DNA from: an uncultured delta proteobacterium
GTDB taxonomy: Bacteria > Desulfobacterota > Desulfobacteria > Desulfobacterales > JAFDCJ01
DNA length: 64,000 bases
Direction of reading: 5' to 3'
Assembly: GCA_963769935.1 (NCBI GenBank)
Contig: CAVYNY010000022.1
Coordinates: forward strand, 384,001 to 448,000
The notes under the pieces: model-generated
Database searches by the model: none
What the model saw: only the letters and a program-made list of their open reading frames with translations
What the model was told of the DNA's origin: nothing
Made by a program: the position numbers and the translations under genes
Shown: piece after piece, positions 49,806 to 60,738 of the stretch
Layout of the letters: each line of letters starts with the position of its first letter
Position numbering within the stretch: position 1 is the first letter of the stretch

Positions 49806-50468
49806 ATGACCAGTTCAGATGAAATTAAAAACAATAGTGATCTGGCTTTTTTCGGGAAAGTCAATGCAAGCATTTCACATGAATTGAAAAATATTCTGGC
49901 AATAATCTCGGAAGCAGCCGGGCTGCTGAATGATCTGACGGAACTGGCGGACAAGGGGAAAAAGGTCGAACTGGATATGCTGAGAAACTGCAGCCGTGAT
50001 ATTGTTGAAGAAATTCAGCGGGGATTCACCACTATCAAGCAAATGAATAAATTTTCCCATAGCGTGGACGACCCTCTTAAAAGCATCGATCTGATCGAGG
50101 TCCTGGCGCTGATGATTGATCTTGCCGGATTTTTAAGTTTTGCCGGCAAGGTCCGATTTGACCCGCCGCCGCAAGGCGCGCCGATCGTTTTGACATGTCC
50201 TTTTCGAATTCAAAATCTGTTATATCAGGCACTTGTCTTTGCATTTGAGTCGGCCGGTCCGGAGGCCGAGATTCAGGTTGCGATGCAACCGGACACGAGC
50301 GGTCACGTACGAATCATTTTTTCAGGTCTCGGACCAATAAATGACCGGCCATTTCCGCCAGACCAAACGCAGCGCATCGCAGATTCAATTGCTGTCGAGA
50401 TCCGGGTAAACACCGATTTCCAGCAAATCCATATTGTGGTGCCGGAAACCATCGAAAGCATAAAATAG
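49806..50468 (+). CDS. HisKA-domain protein with degenerate ATPase domain
   Basis: ISHELKN H-box; no recognisable DxGxG or G2 box. Confidence 0.8.
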   Translation: MTSSDEIKNNSDLAFFGKVNASISHELKNILAIISEAAGLLNDLTELADKGKKVELDMLRNCSRDIVEEIQRGFTTIKQMNKFSHSVDDPLKSIDLIEVLALMIDLAGFLSFAGKVRFDPPPQGAPIVLTCPFRIQNLLYQALVFAFESAGPEAEIQVAMQPDTSGHVRIIFSGLGPINDRPFPPDQTQRIADSIAVEIRVNTDFQQIHIVVPETIESIK

Positions 50469-50607
50469 AGTCGGGCGCAACCTGCCTGGAATGAGACCGG
50501 TATGAAATGGAACTTGCCGACTCGCAAACAATTATTATAGTCTTAGTTGCGATTTTCCGGCATTTTAAGAAATTTTTCCATAGAAATTCCAAAAAACGGA
50601 GGACGCC

Positions 50608-51102
50608 ATGAGCACTGAAAATAAAATCAACCTGCTTTTGGTTGATGATGAGGTTAAATTTTTACAGTCGATCTCACAACGACTGGCGCTGAAAAACATT
50701 GATGTCACGGCGGCATCAAACGGTAAAGAAGCGATTGAGGCCGCTGAGAAAGGCTATTTCGATGTCGCGGTCGTCGACTTTCAAATGCCCGGAATGGACG
50801 GTACGCAGGTGCTGCAAACATTGAAAGAAAAGCACAAATATCTTGAAATCATTATGCTGACCGGACACGCCACCATCGACTCGGCCGTGGAGTGTACAAA
50901 ACTGGGTGCCTTTAAGTACCTGGAAAAGCCTTATGATTTTGAAAAACTCGTCGAGGTCATTAAGGAAGCTTACGAGAACAGGCTCAGAAAGAAATTCGAG
51001 CATAACCAAAAGCGGATTGAAGAGATCCAAAAATTATCGATGCGTGAATCCCCTTTAGGTCTGCTAAAGGCCCTGGCACGTCTGGACACCGAGGAGAAGT
51101 AG
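50608..51102 (+). CDS. Response regulator with short helical tail
   Basis: VDDE, VDFQMP, LTGH, KP. Confidence 0.92.
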   Translation: MSTENKINLLLVDDEVKFLQSISQRLALKNIDVTAASNGKEAIEAAEKGYFDVAVVDFQMPGMDGTQVLQTLKEKHKYLEIIMLTGHATIDSAVECTKLGAFKYLEKPYDFEKLVEVIKEAYENRLRKKFEHNQKRIEEIQKLSMRESPLGLLKALARLDTEEK

Positions 51103-51260
51103 ACAATCCGGCTTTGCGGCAAGCCCGGGCAGGCACCCAAGCGCGGGTAAGAGGTCTTCCGGAAATAAATTGATTGAAATTCCTGCCAAACCCCCAGTAT
51201 CGACGAAATCCGGGAAACAAGCAACAGAGTTGCTGTCCAAGGGAATGTGAGGAGGAACAT

Positions 51261-52067
51261 ATGGGTATAATTACAATTTCCAGAGGTTCATATAGCAAGG
51301 GGAAGGAAACTGCTGAAAAGCTCGCTCAGGTTCTGGGCTATGAATGCATCTCAAGAGACGTCCTCCTGGAAGCCTCGGCCCATTTCAATATCTCTGAAGT
51401 AAAGCTGGTGCGGGCAATTCATGATGCACCCTCTTTTTTTGAACGTTTCCAGCATGGCAAAGATAAATATATCCTTTTTATCCGTGAAGCATTTTTAGAA
51501 CACATTAAAAAGGACAATGTGGTCTATCACGGACTGGCCGGCCATTTTTTTATCAAAGGGATTCCAAACATTTTAAAGGTGAGAATCACCGCCAACATCG
51601 AAGATCGAATCAAGGAAGAAATGAGACGCGAGAAGATCTCTGAAAAAGAGGCCCGCTTTATTCTGAAAAAAGATGATGAGGAGCGCAGAAAATGGAGTAT
51701 GCACCTTTATGGGATTGATACCAACGATCCCAGCCTTTATGATATTGTGCTGCATATCGATAACTTAAAGGTGAGTGACGCGGTCGAACTACTGACAGAT
51801 ATGGCCCGGCGGCCGTGTTTTCAAACAACACCGGAATCCCGCCTAATGCTAAACGATTTTGATTTAGCTGCCAAAGCGCATGCCAAAATATTCGATCGAT
51901 TTCCGGCTGCTGAAGTTAAATGCCAAGACGCCGTTGTTTTTGTTAAAATTGAAACGGCGTTGTCTCTGGAGGAAGAAGTTGGCGCTAAGATCAAAAATAT
52001 CCTGGCGGGTATAGATGGAATTAAAGAAGTTAAAGTAAATTCTGTTCCATTTGAAACCGGAGATTGA
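51261..52067 (+). CDS. Cytidylate kinase-like family protein
   Basis: IITISRGSYSKG, DDEERRKW, YDIVL; GGAGG RBS. Confidence 0.85.
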   Translation: MGIITISRGSYSKGKETAEKLAQVLGYECISRDVLLEASAHFNISEVKLVRAIHDAPSFFERFQHGKDKYILFIREAFLEHIKKDNVVYHGLAGHFFIKGIPNILKVRITANIEDRIKEEMRREKISEKEARFILKKDDEERRKWSMHLYGIDTNDPSLYDIVLHIDNLKVSDAVELLTDMARRPCFQTTPESRLMLNDFDLAAKAHAKIFDRFPAAEVKCQDAVVFVKIETALSLEEEVGAKIKNILAGIDGIKEVKVNSVPFETGD

Positions 52068-52432
52068 ATAGTGATGCCGGCTTATTTGGCGGCGGTTAAT
52101 CCCAACATTGTAAAACCGGTCCTCTCTTTCTACGGTCCACAGGCTCTCCGAGCCGGAGGCCGCCATGCCATTATTCCATATTTCCCCAAGGGGGCTCTGC
52201 TTAACCGGACATAAAGAATTCTCTTATCCCCCCAATCGGTGTATATTCATCAGAAATGCGAAATCCGATTTTAGGCGAAAGCGGAATTTGCAGGTCTTAT
52301 ATAACAATTTAAATTAATTTCAAATAGTTATAAGGAATAATTTTCGCGCGCTTTTCAAAAGAGAACAGGCAATTCCTGTTGACGCTGCCGTTTAAAGGAC
52401 GAAGCTGCTGTAAATACAATGTAGAGCTGGTT

Positions 52433-52448
52433 TGGCAGGTAAATTGCA
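52433..52448 (+). promoter_or_regulatory. Sigma54 -24/-12 promoter
   Basis: TGGCAGG-TAAA-TTGCA (GG-N10-GC); IHF-like TTTCAAATAGTTA at 52318-52330. Confidence 0.65.
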
Positions 52449-52517
52449 CTGATCGTTGTCTTATGCCGTTGGTGCATGAACGGCATAAATGGTGAATCTT
52501 TTAAAACGAGAGGTGGT

Positions 52518-52847
52518 ATGATGGAAAAAAAAAGAAAAAATATCGCAAAAGAAATGACGATTACCGGATTTGTGGAAGAATTCGACAGCATTGAAGACGG
52601 GATGGGTATATTGATTTCCGGCGATGACGACGAGAATTATGTTGTTGAGCCCACCAAAAACGGCAAGAAGCTTGCTTCATTTCTCGATGAAAAAGTCAAA
52701 GTTACGGGGCTGGTTACCAAGGACAGAGACGGCCTTAAATACATCAACGTGAGCAGTTTTGATGTGTTTGAAGACACTGAGGACTACTACGATCGCGACG
52801 AAGATGACAGTTTCTACGATGACAAGGATCTAAAATTTGATGACTGA
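52518..52847 (+). CDS. Small acidic beta-rich (OB-fold-like) hypothetical protein
   Basis: GAGG RBS; ITGFV...KVKVTGLV...YINVSSF pattern. Confidence 0.75.
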   Translation: MMEKKRKNIAKEMTITGFVEEFDSIEDGMGILISGDDDENYVVEPTKNGKKLASFLDEKVKVTGLVTKDRDGLKYINVSSFDVFEDTEDYYDRDEDDSFYDDKDLKFDD

Positions 52848-52945
52848 TTAAATTCCTGCCGTTAACGGCGGGCAGCGGGGTTGTCAAACCAACCATGGCA
52901 GAAGGCAGCGTCTTGGCATGCGCTGCCTTTTGTTTTATGCATACC

Positions 52946-53626
52946 CTAACTAAAATGTCCCACGGCATCCAGGCTTTCATAATTTATGTCATACAGGGAA
53001 TCGATAATCTGGTTTTGAAAAAAGTCGTCGGTCATTGATTTGCCTTCATAGAGCAGGTCCACGATACTGGCCGTCGGTATTTTTTCAAAGCAGTCCTGAC
53101 AGGTGAAAAATCCTTCAAATACGAAAAGCTGGCCGCCGGCTGAATAGGACTTTTTAAGGTTGTCGCGCGTCGCCGTGTGAGCGCAGGTGATCCAGGTCTT
53201 GGGGGCGGCCTCAAAATGACTGCGCCCCTCGGACAGTTTGATAAAGTTATAATTACTGTCGATTAAGGGATAGATAAAATCTTCTTGAAAGGATTTGTCC
53301 GTCATCGGGCGGCTGGATCCAATTGATTCCGACAAATCCTCTTTGGACAGGATCTTATCAAGACAGCTTTCGCAAAAGCATTTTCCCAATACAATTGTTA
53401 TCAGCCCTGAAGACAGATAATAGCGATAGACCAGCTCCGGTTCAGATAAATGCGGGCAAACCAGCCAGGTGTACTCATGCGAATCCTTGCGTGCAGCATC
53501 TATTGTGGGAGAAAAAATAAAGTCTTGGACAAAATTTGGTGTCCCGGTTGCTATTGCTCCGCTATTCCACTCCGGTTTATCAATAATGAAAAAAGACCTT
53601 TCATTCTTGTCTAAGTTGGCACCCAT
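52946..53626 (-). CDS. Hypothetical protein with two C-x-H...C-x2-C repeats
   Basis: GGAGG RBS; WLVCPH...CESC...MTD and WITCAH...CQDC...MTD. Confidence 0.75.
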   Translation of the reverse strand: MGANLDKNERSFFIIDKPEWNSGAIATGTPNFVQDFIFSPTIDAARKDSHEYTWLVCPHLSEPELVYRYYLSSGLITIVLGKCFCESCLDKILSKEDLSESIGSSRPMTDKSFQEDFIYPLIDSNYNFIKLSEGRSHFEAAPKTWITCAHTATRDNLKKSYSAGGQLFVFEGFFTCQDCFEKIPTASIVDLLYEGKSMTDDFFQNQIIDSLYDINYESLDAVGHFS

Positions 53627-53681
53627 AAAATTCCCTCCATTAATGTTCCGAATAAAAAACGATGCAACCTCCAAGTCGTAA

Positions 53682-53697
53682 AGCAAGATCAGTACCA
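53682..53697 (-). promoter_or_regulatory. Sigma54 -24/-12 promoter
   Basis: Minus strand TGGTACT-GATC-TTGCT (GG-N10-GC). Confidence 0.6.
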
Positions 53698-53885
53698 ACT
53701 TTCATTCTAGTAAAAATTAAATTAAATTACAGATAGTTGACTCCACATTTGTTCGAACTGTCTTGGGATGGGCGCCAATATTTTGAATAGCATTGTCAAA
53801 TAGATACCTAAATCTTATTTATTTTGACAAGCGGTAAGCTTTATTTTAAAGATGGGTGACATTGCAGGTCGGGAGGAATTGAAAG

Positions 53886-54887
53886 ATGAAAAAATTGCTT
53901 AACCAAGCCCAAGACGTGGTGAAGGAATCCCTGGCCGGCTTTGCGGCGGCCTACGGCGACCTGGTCAGGGTTCATTTCGCTCCGAATTACATCGTGCGGG
54001 CGGATGCGCCGCTAAAAGGCAAGGTCGGGATTGTCTCCGGGGGCGGCAGCGGGCACGAGCCGATGCACGGCGGCTACGTCGGAAAAGGAATGCTGGATGC
54101 CGCCTGTCCGGGGGAGGTATTTACCTCGCCGACCCCGGATCAAATGGAAGCGGCCACCAAAGCCGTTGATGGCGGGGCCGGTGTGCTGCACATCGTAAAA
54201 AACTACACCGGAGATGTCATGAATTTTGAGATGGCCGCTGAATTGTGCCAGGCCGAAGGCATCCAGGTGGAAAGTGTCGTCATCAACGATGATGTTGCCG
54301 TACAGGACAGCCTTTATACTGCCGGACGACGCGGGGTCGGTACCACGGTGCTGGCAGAAAAAATATGCGGTGCGGCAGCTGAAAAAGGACTTGATTTAAA
54401 AACCGTTGCCGGCCTGTGCCGCAGGGTCAATGACAACGGCCGTTCGATGGGCATGGCCCTGACTTCCTGCACCGTGCCCTTGGCGGGCAGGCCGACTTTC
54501 AAGATTGATGACGGGCAGATGGAGATCGGAATCGGCATCCATGGGGAGCCGGGCCGGGAAAGAGTACCCCTGGCAGGTGCGCGGGAGATCATTGAGACCC
54601 TGGCCGGTGCGATAATTGCCGACCTGCCTTTTAAAAGCGGTGATGCGGTCATTGCCATGGTAAACGGAATGGGCGCAACACCATTAATGGAACTCTATCT
54701 GGCCTACAATGAGCTTGCCGGCATTTGCCGGCGGAATAAAATTTCAATTGTCCGACGGCTGGTGGGAAATTTTATCACCTCGCTGGAAATGGCCGGCTGT
54801 TCAATTACCCTTCTCAAAGTCGATGATGAAATACTTAAACTTTGGGATGAACCGGTTCTCACGCCGGGGCTGCGCTGGGGGATTTGA
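53886..54887 (+). CDS. dhaK: Dihydroxyacetone kinase subunit K
   Basis: [22 protein letters not shown]. Confidence 0.97.
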   Translation: MKKLLNQAQDVVKESLAGFAAAYGDLVRVHFAPNYIVRADAPLKGKVGIVSGGGSGHEPMHGGYVGKGMLDAACPGEVFTSPTPDQMEAATKAVDGGAGVLHIVKNYTGDVMNFEMAAELCQAEGIQVESVVINDDVAVQDSLYTAGRRGVGTTVLAEKICGAAAEKGLDLKTVAGLCRRVNDNGRSMGMALTSCTVPLAGRPTFKIDDGQMEIGIGIHGEPGRERVPLAGAREIIETLAGAIIADLPFKSGDAVIAMVNGMGATPLMELYLAYNELAGICRRNKISIVRRLVGNFITSLEMAGCSITLLKVDDEILKLWDEPVLTPGLRWGI

Positions 54888-54891
54888 TGCG

Positions 54892-55521
54892 ATGATCAAG
54901 CGTGCCGATGTGCTGGCCTGGATTAACGAACTGCACAACGTATTTATCCAAAACAGGGCATATCTGACCGATCTGGATGCAGCCATCGGAGACGCCGATC
55001 ACGGCATCAATCTGGAACGCGGGTTCAATGCCGTCGCTGCGGAACTGGAGCAAAACGATCCGCCGGACGTCGCCGGCATCCTGAAGACGGTAGCCATGAC
55101 ATTGATCAAGACAGTGGGCGGTGCCTCCGGGCCGCTCTACGGCACATTTTTTTTACGGGCGGCCGCCGTGTGTGCGGGCAAGGACGACCTGGCCGCGGCT
55201 GACATCATCGCCCTTTTCAGCGCAGGGCTTGAGGGTGTTGTGCAAAGAGGCAAAACCGGGTTAAACGACAAGACCATGGTGGATGCGTTGACACCGGCCA
55301 TAGCAGCGATGAAAACGGCTTGCGACGCAGGGGCCGATTTAAACGAGATTCTGCATCAGGGGGCGGCTGCGGCCCGCTCCGGAATGCAGCGTACCATTGA
55401 GCTGCAGGCCCGCAAGGGACGTGCCAGTTACCTGGGTGTTCGCAGCATCGGGCATCAGGATCCCGGCGCCACTTCAACTTTTCTGCTGCTGAAGGCCGCC
55501 GCTGATATCTGGGGCACGTAG
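54892..55521 (+). CDS. dhaL: Dihydroxyacetone kinase subunit L
   Basis: LDAAIGDADHG, GGASGPLYG, KGRASYLG, DPGA. Confidence 0.96.
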   Translation: MIKRADVLAWINELHNVFIQNRAYLTDLDAAIGDADHGINLERGFNAVAAELEQNDPPDVAGILKTVAMTLIKTVGGASGPLYGTFFLRAAAVCAGKDDLAAADIIALFSAGLEGVVQRGKTGLNDKTMVDALTPAIAAMKTACDAGADLNEILHQGAAAARSGMQRTIELQARKGRASYLGVRSIGHQDPGATSTFLLLKAAADIWGT

Positions 55522-55588
55522 CAGGGTTCCGTCATTTAAGGAGATAAATGACTAATTTTGCGAAAATTACCCGCTTAACAATAATCAT

Positions 55589-55806
55589 GAAAATTCCAAG
55601 CTCCAAATACCAAATCTCAAACAAATCCCAATGACCCAAATTCAAATATCGAAACAAAGGATCCTTCTGCCATCGTGCCAAACGGCATCATCACCGGCTC
55701 GCCAGATTTTACGTCTTGGCGCGCTGCAATGTTGGCGAATGTTTTGGTCATTGAATATTGAGATTTGAGATTTATTTGTAATTTGGCGTTTGAGATTTGA
55801 GATTTT
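55589..55806. repeat. Long imperfect inverted repeat built from heptamers (CAAATCT / AGATTTG type)
   Basis: Left arm ~55589-55658 complementary to right arm ~55741-55806. Confidence 0.8.
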
Positions 55807-55889
55807 ATTGTATTGTAAAACTTTACAAATGCAGCTGGTTTAGAATTTACTTTGACGTTACCCTGGGGAACGTAGGAGTAGTCTTCGCC

Positions 55890-58424
55890 ATGGTTGGATT
55901 GGTCATTGTCTCCCACAGCAACGCCTTATCTCAGGCGCTGGTCGGCCTGGTACGCCAGGTAGCCACCGGGCATCTGCCGCTATGCGGGGTGGGCGGAGTC
56001 GGGGTTGATAGACAGGCGTTCGGCACCGATGCCGTCAATATTGTCGAAGCGATCGAATCGGTGTTCAGCCCGGACGGCGTTGTGGTGCTGGTGGATCTCG
56101 GCAGTGCGATCTTAAGCGCTGAAACGGCGCTGGAATTGCTGCCTGAGGAGATGCGGCCCCATATCCGGATTTGCGGAGCGCCCATTGTCGAGGGTGCTGT
56201 CGCGGCCGGGGTTCAAATCAGCCTGGGCGGCAGCCTGGAGGCTGTTTGTCATGAGGCCGGCCGGGCGCTTGTTCCCAAGATCAATCAAATGTCCGGATCC
56301 GATGAAATATTCGTCGCGCCCGGGGCGCGAGATCCAGCCCAGCCATTGCCGGAGGATTGGCAAACAATCCAATTAACCGTTAACACTCCCCACGGTTTGC
56401 ATGCCCGGCCGGCGGCCCGTTTTGTCCAGACGGCTGCGGTTTTCGATGCCCAAATTCGGATTAAGAAGCTGGAATCCTCTGCGGAACCGGTGCCGGCTGC
56501 AAGCTTCAACAGCATTGCCACCCTGGGCATCAACCGGGGAGACCGGATTGTTGTTTTTGCCAGGGGAAGGCAGGCCCCAGAAGCCCTGGCCGCCATCAAA
56601 ACGCTGGTGGACGATCAACTGCCGAAGTTGACTGAAGAATTCATCCCGGTGCCGTCCGCCGGCGCCGCCGCACCGCAAGGCCGGGAGGCTATCGCAGCAG
56701 TTGCCGTTTCCGCTGGCATTGCTGCCGGCCCGCTGTTTCATTATCGGCTTTATTTGCCGCCGATTTCCCGCCATTCAACGAAAAATTGCCTGCAGGAATG
56801 GAAGCATTTGCTGCAGGCACGGGATCAGGCGAGCCGGTCAATCCTGAATCGCCGCCATTCAGTGGAGTCCAGGCTTGGCGAAGCCCAAGCGGCTATATTC
56901 GATGCCCATCTTTTGATTATCCAAGACCCCCAGCTTTTGGATGCAGCACGCAGCCGCATTTTTGAAAAAAAGCAGAACGCCGCGCTGGCCTGGCAGGAAA
57001 GCGTGCAGGAAATTGCCGCGAACTATCGTGCGCTGGACGATGCGTATCTCAGGCAGCGGGCGGCTGATGTCATTGACGCCGGCAACCAGGTTTTATTGAA
57101 TTTTCTCGGTCAACCCGCCCCAAAGGTGGTCGACCTGCCGCAGCCGGTGATTCTGGTGGCCGAGGAACTCACTCCTACGGATACGGCCGCGCTGGATACC
57201 CGGAAGGTGCTTGGCATCGCAACTGTTGCCGGCGGGCCGACTTCGCACGCCGCTATTTTGGCCCGAGCTCTTGGAATCCCGGCCATTGCCGGGGTGGATC
57301 CCTCCATTTTAGGCCTGCCGGATGACACTTCCCTGGTGTTGGACGGCTTCAGCGGCCGGCTGTGGATTCAGCCCGGGCAAAAGGTTGCCGAGGATCTCAA
57401 AAAACGCCGAACGCGCTGGCTGCAGAAACGCCGCCAACTTCTTAAAATCGGCCGTCAACCGGCTGAAACCGATGACGGCCGCCGGTTTACCATTACCGCC
57501 AACCTGGGCAATTTTTTTGAAGCCCAATCTGCCCTCGAAAACGGAGCGGAGGGCGTGGGACTGCTGCGGACCGAATTTCTCTATCTGACGCGCAGCCAGC
57601 CGCCGTCGGAAGCCGAGCAGGTGGATAGTTTGCAGCAGATCGGCCGGACAATCGGACAAAAGCCGATTTGCGTGCGCACCCTGGATGTCGGGGGTGACAA
57701 ATCCATTCCTTATCTTCGCCTGCCTGCAGAAGCAAATCCCTATTTGGGACTGCGTGCCGTTCGCCTGTCGCTGCGGTATCCGGAGCTGTTCCGCGGACAG
57801 CTGCGCGCTATTTTGCAAGCCGGTGCGGACTTCGATCTGCGGGTCATGTTTCCAATGATCAGCACAACCGAGGAGGTCGATCGGGTTCTGGAAATTCTGG
57901 ATGCGGTTCATCGTGAACTGGCAGCTGAAAATTGCGTTCATCGTTGGCCGATTTTAACGGGTATCATGATTGAGACGCCGGCCGCGGCCCTGATGATTTC
58001 AGCATTTGTCAAGCGGCTGGATTTTTTCAGCATCGGTACCAACGACCTGACCCAATACTCCCTGGCGGCTGAACGCGGGAATTCGAATCTGACAGACTAT
58101 GCGGACGCACTGCACCCGGCAATTTTGCAGCAGATCAGAAAGGTGGTTGATGAAGCCCATCGTTACGGGAAGCACGTAGCGGTGTGCGGTGAGTTGGCGG
58201 CGGATTTGACGGCCGTGCCTGCCCTTGTGGGGCTGGGCGTCGATGAGCTCAGCCTGGCGCCGCATGCCATCCCTGAAGTAAAGGCGCTCATTTGTCGACT
58301 GAACTATGCCAAGACCCTTGATCTGGTAGAAAAGATGCTGACCACGGACAGCGCCCGCAGTGCGCGCAATCTGGCCGAAAAATTCTTAAAAAAACTAAGC
58401 GTCGCGCGAGATTTCGTCTGGTAG
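55890..58424 (+). CDS. dhaM: DhaM(EIIA)-HPr-Enzyme I multiphosphoryl transfer protein
   Basis: VIVSH, DLGSA; GLHARPA; TSHAAI, GLLRTEF, SIGTNDLTQY, VCGE. Confidence 0.93.
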   Translation: MVGLVIVSHSNALSQALVGLVRQVATGHLPLCGVGGVGVDRQAFGTDAVNIVEAIESVFSPDGVVVLVDLGSAILSAETALELLPEEMRPHIRICGAPIVEGAVAAGVQISLGGSLEAVCHEAGRALVPKINQMSGSDEIFVAPGARDPAQPLPEDWQTIQLTVNTPHGLHARPAARFVQTAAVFDAQIRIKKLESSAEPVPAASFNSIATLGINRGDRIVVFARGRQAPEALAAIKTLVDDQLPKLTEEFIPVPSAGAAAPQGREAIAAVAVSAGIAAGPLFHYRLYLPPISRHSTKNCLQEWKHLLQARDQASRSILNRRHSVESRLGEAQAAIFDAHLLIIQDPQLLDAARSRIFEKKQNAALAWQESVQEIAANYRALDDAYLRQRAADVIDAGNQVLLNFLGQPAPKVVDLPQPVILVAEELTPTDTAALDTRKVLGIATVAGGPTSHAAILARALGIPAIAGVDPSILGLPDDTSLVLDGFSGRLWIQPGQKVAEDLKKRRTRWLQKRRQLLKIGRQPAETDDGRRFTITANLGNFFEAQSALENGAEGVGLLRTEFLYLTRSQPPSEAEQVDSLQQIGRTIGQKPICVRTLDVGGDKSIPYLRLPAEANPYLGLRAVRLSLRYPELFRGQLRAILQAGADFDLRVMFPMISTTEEVDRVLEILDAVHRELAAENCVHRWPILTGIMIETPAAALMISAFVKRLDFFSIGTNDLTQYSLAAERGNSNLTDYADALHPAILQQIRKVVDEAHRYGKHVAVCGELAADLTAVPALVGLGVDELSLAPHAIPEVKALICRLNYAKTLDLVEKMLTTDSARSARNLAEKFLKKLSVARDFVW

Positions 58425-58805
58425 AAGTGGCCCTTAAGGGGCAGCAAATTTTGTAGTTTTCTATTGGAGAAGATAACTACAAATGCCGGCAAGTAAAATT
58501 AAAGATCCGGCAGAAAATTTGTAGGACTTATTTTTAATCGCCAACCCCTGTAAATCATTGGCCGTTCGGCAATCCGGGCGCTTTAGCCGCAGTTTTTAAG
58601 ATTGCCGGTGCAGTTGCCAGCACCTGCGCCGATGCTTATTGTATCTGATAATTTAGGCCCATGACAGTATAAATGATAGTTTTTCGCAGGAAGATATCCC
58701 CGGATTATAAGCAACCACTTGGCGAGAAGTATAGGTAAATAAAGACCGTGCAGCAAATCGGTCTAGGGAGTAGAAAAGTGAATGCCCGGATCAGAGAAAT
58801 TTCAA

Positions 58806-60475
58806 TGATACACAGCCTTGCATCGAAGATTGCATCGGTATCCATCGGTATTTTGATATTTGTTTTTGCATTGGTGTCCTGCAACGGCAGCGGCGGCGGA
58901 GAAGAAGCCGGTACAACAACACCGAATTTTCCGCCGGTAGTTTTTATGGCTGATAAGGATCAGGACGGAACGGTTGAACTTTACGCCTCATCTAATGACG
59001 GTGCTGAAATCATAAAACTCTCCGGAACGATGGTTGCCGGCGGCAATGTGGTGGATTTTAAGGTGTCCCTTGATGGAATTTATGTGGCCTATGTGGCGGA
59101 CCAGGAAACCAATAACGTTTTCGAGCTGTATGCGGTGCCGGTTGATAAAGCCGCCAGTGAAACAGCGGTGAAGATTTCGGGACCTATGGCCGGCAACGGC
59201 CTGAAAGAGATCGCTGCAGGGTCCGGAGAATATTTTTTCGCCTGGGCACCCGACAGCAGCCGCGTTGGGTATATCGCCGATCAGAAGACGGCAAATGTTT
59301 TTGAGCTGTTCACCTCAACCCCGGACGGCAGCGACAACGTCCAGGTCTCGGGAGCATTGGTGAGCAACGGCGACGTGCTGGATTTTCAATGGGAGCCGGC
59401 CAGCGCCCTAATCGCCTATGTGGCCGATCAGGATACGGACAATAAGCAGGAGCTTTATGTGTCGCCGGCTGACAGCGACACGCCCAACGACCCGGTATCC
59501 GGCGCAATGATGGCCGGCACCGGCATCAAGTTGATCATCTCCGAAGGCGTGTATGCCTTTTCCTGGGCGCCGGACAGCAGTCGCGTTGCCTACATTGCCG
59601 ATCAGCGTACGGCGGATGTTTTTGAACTATTCACCAACCTACCGAACGGCAGTGACAACGTCCGCGTCTCTGGGAATATGGTGAGTGGCGGCGATGTAGA
59701 TGCCTTTGCCTGGTCGCCGCAAAGCGACCGGATCGCTTACCGGGCAGATCAGAATACTGATAATGCCCTCGAACTTTACACGGCTTTTCCCGGCTCTCCC
59801 GGCTCTCAGCTCGTCACCTCAGGGATAAGTTCCGGACAAAAGGTCCAGCAATTTGCCTGGTCACCGACCATAATCAACGGGGAACAAAGAATCGCGTTTA
59901 TCGCCGACAAAGGCACTACCGGCCTTTTTCAGCTATATACGACCTCGCCGAATAACAGCCTTAACCAGCTTGTATCCAGTGTGAACCCAGGCGGTGGTAA
60001 TGTCAATGAGTTTGCCTGGGCTCCTAACGGCGAACAGCTGGCCTATCGCGGCGAAACCCGCACGGTTGGTATTGACGAACTGTTCACAACCGGTCGGGCT
60101 ACCCCCCTGATCAAAGTGCTTTCCTTTCTAATTCCAAGCGGCGGTGACGTCCTCGATTTTGCCTGGGCGCCGGACGGCTCCCGGCTTGCCTATCGGGCCG
60201 ACCAGTTGACCAACGATGTGGTTGAGCTGTTTACGAATACTCCCAACGGCGGCCAGATTACCAATGTGCGAATTTCCGGCGGTCTGGCGCCGGGCGGCGA
60301 TGTGACCGAATTTCAGTGGGCACCCGACAGCTTCGGTGTGGGCTATATCGCCGACCAGAATACCGATCAAGTATTTGAGCTTTTCGCATCGCTGCCGGCC
60401 GGCGGCGACAATACCCTTCTCTCCGGAAGTCTGGTCAACGGCGGTGATGTTTTTGCATTTGAGTGGGTTCCTTGA
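58806..60475 (+). CDS. Beta-propeller lipoprotein with TolB/PD40-like repeats; start uncertain (58748-58806)
   Basis: Lipobox LVSC; repeated F.W.PD...(I/V)AY.ADQ.T...ELF. Confidence 0.85.
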
Positions 60476-60738
60476 AAATAGAAGCCAGGCGAAGATAAAA
60501 GGAGCACCTGGCCGCTTAAGCGGTCAAATTCAGTAACAACAAAGCAGGTGTGTTGGAAAACCAGCCTTGAGCAAGTTAGCGTAGGGCAAGCCGCAAGAGG
60601 TTATCAAAAATGATGATGCCAACCTTGTTGCTGTAAAAGTGACAATGAGTGGATTTATAAAACCGCATTTATAATAACAGGAAATTCAGTTGCCATCGTA
60701 TAATCGGAACTCATTGACTGTTGAGTCAGCCTTACCTA

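Noticed and set aside
55548..55916. Small ORFs between dhaL and dhaM
   Set aside because: They run through the heptamer hairpin and have no protein-like features
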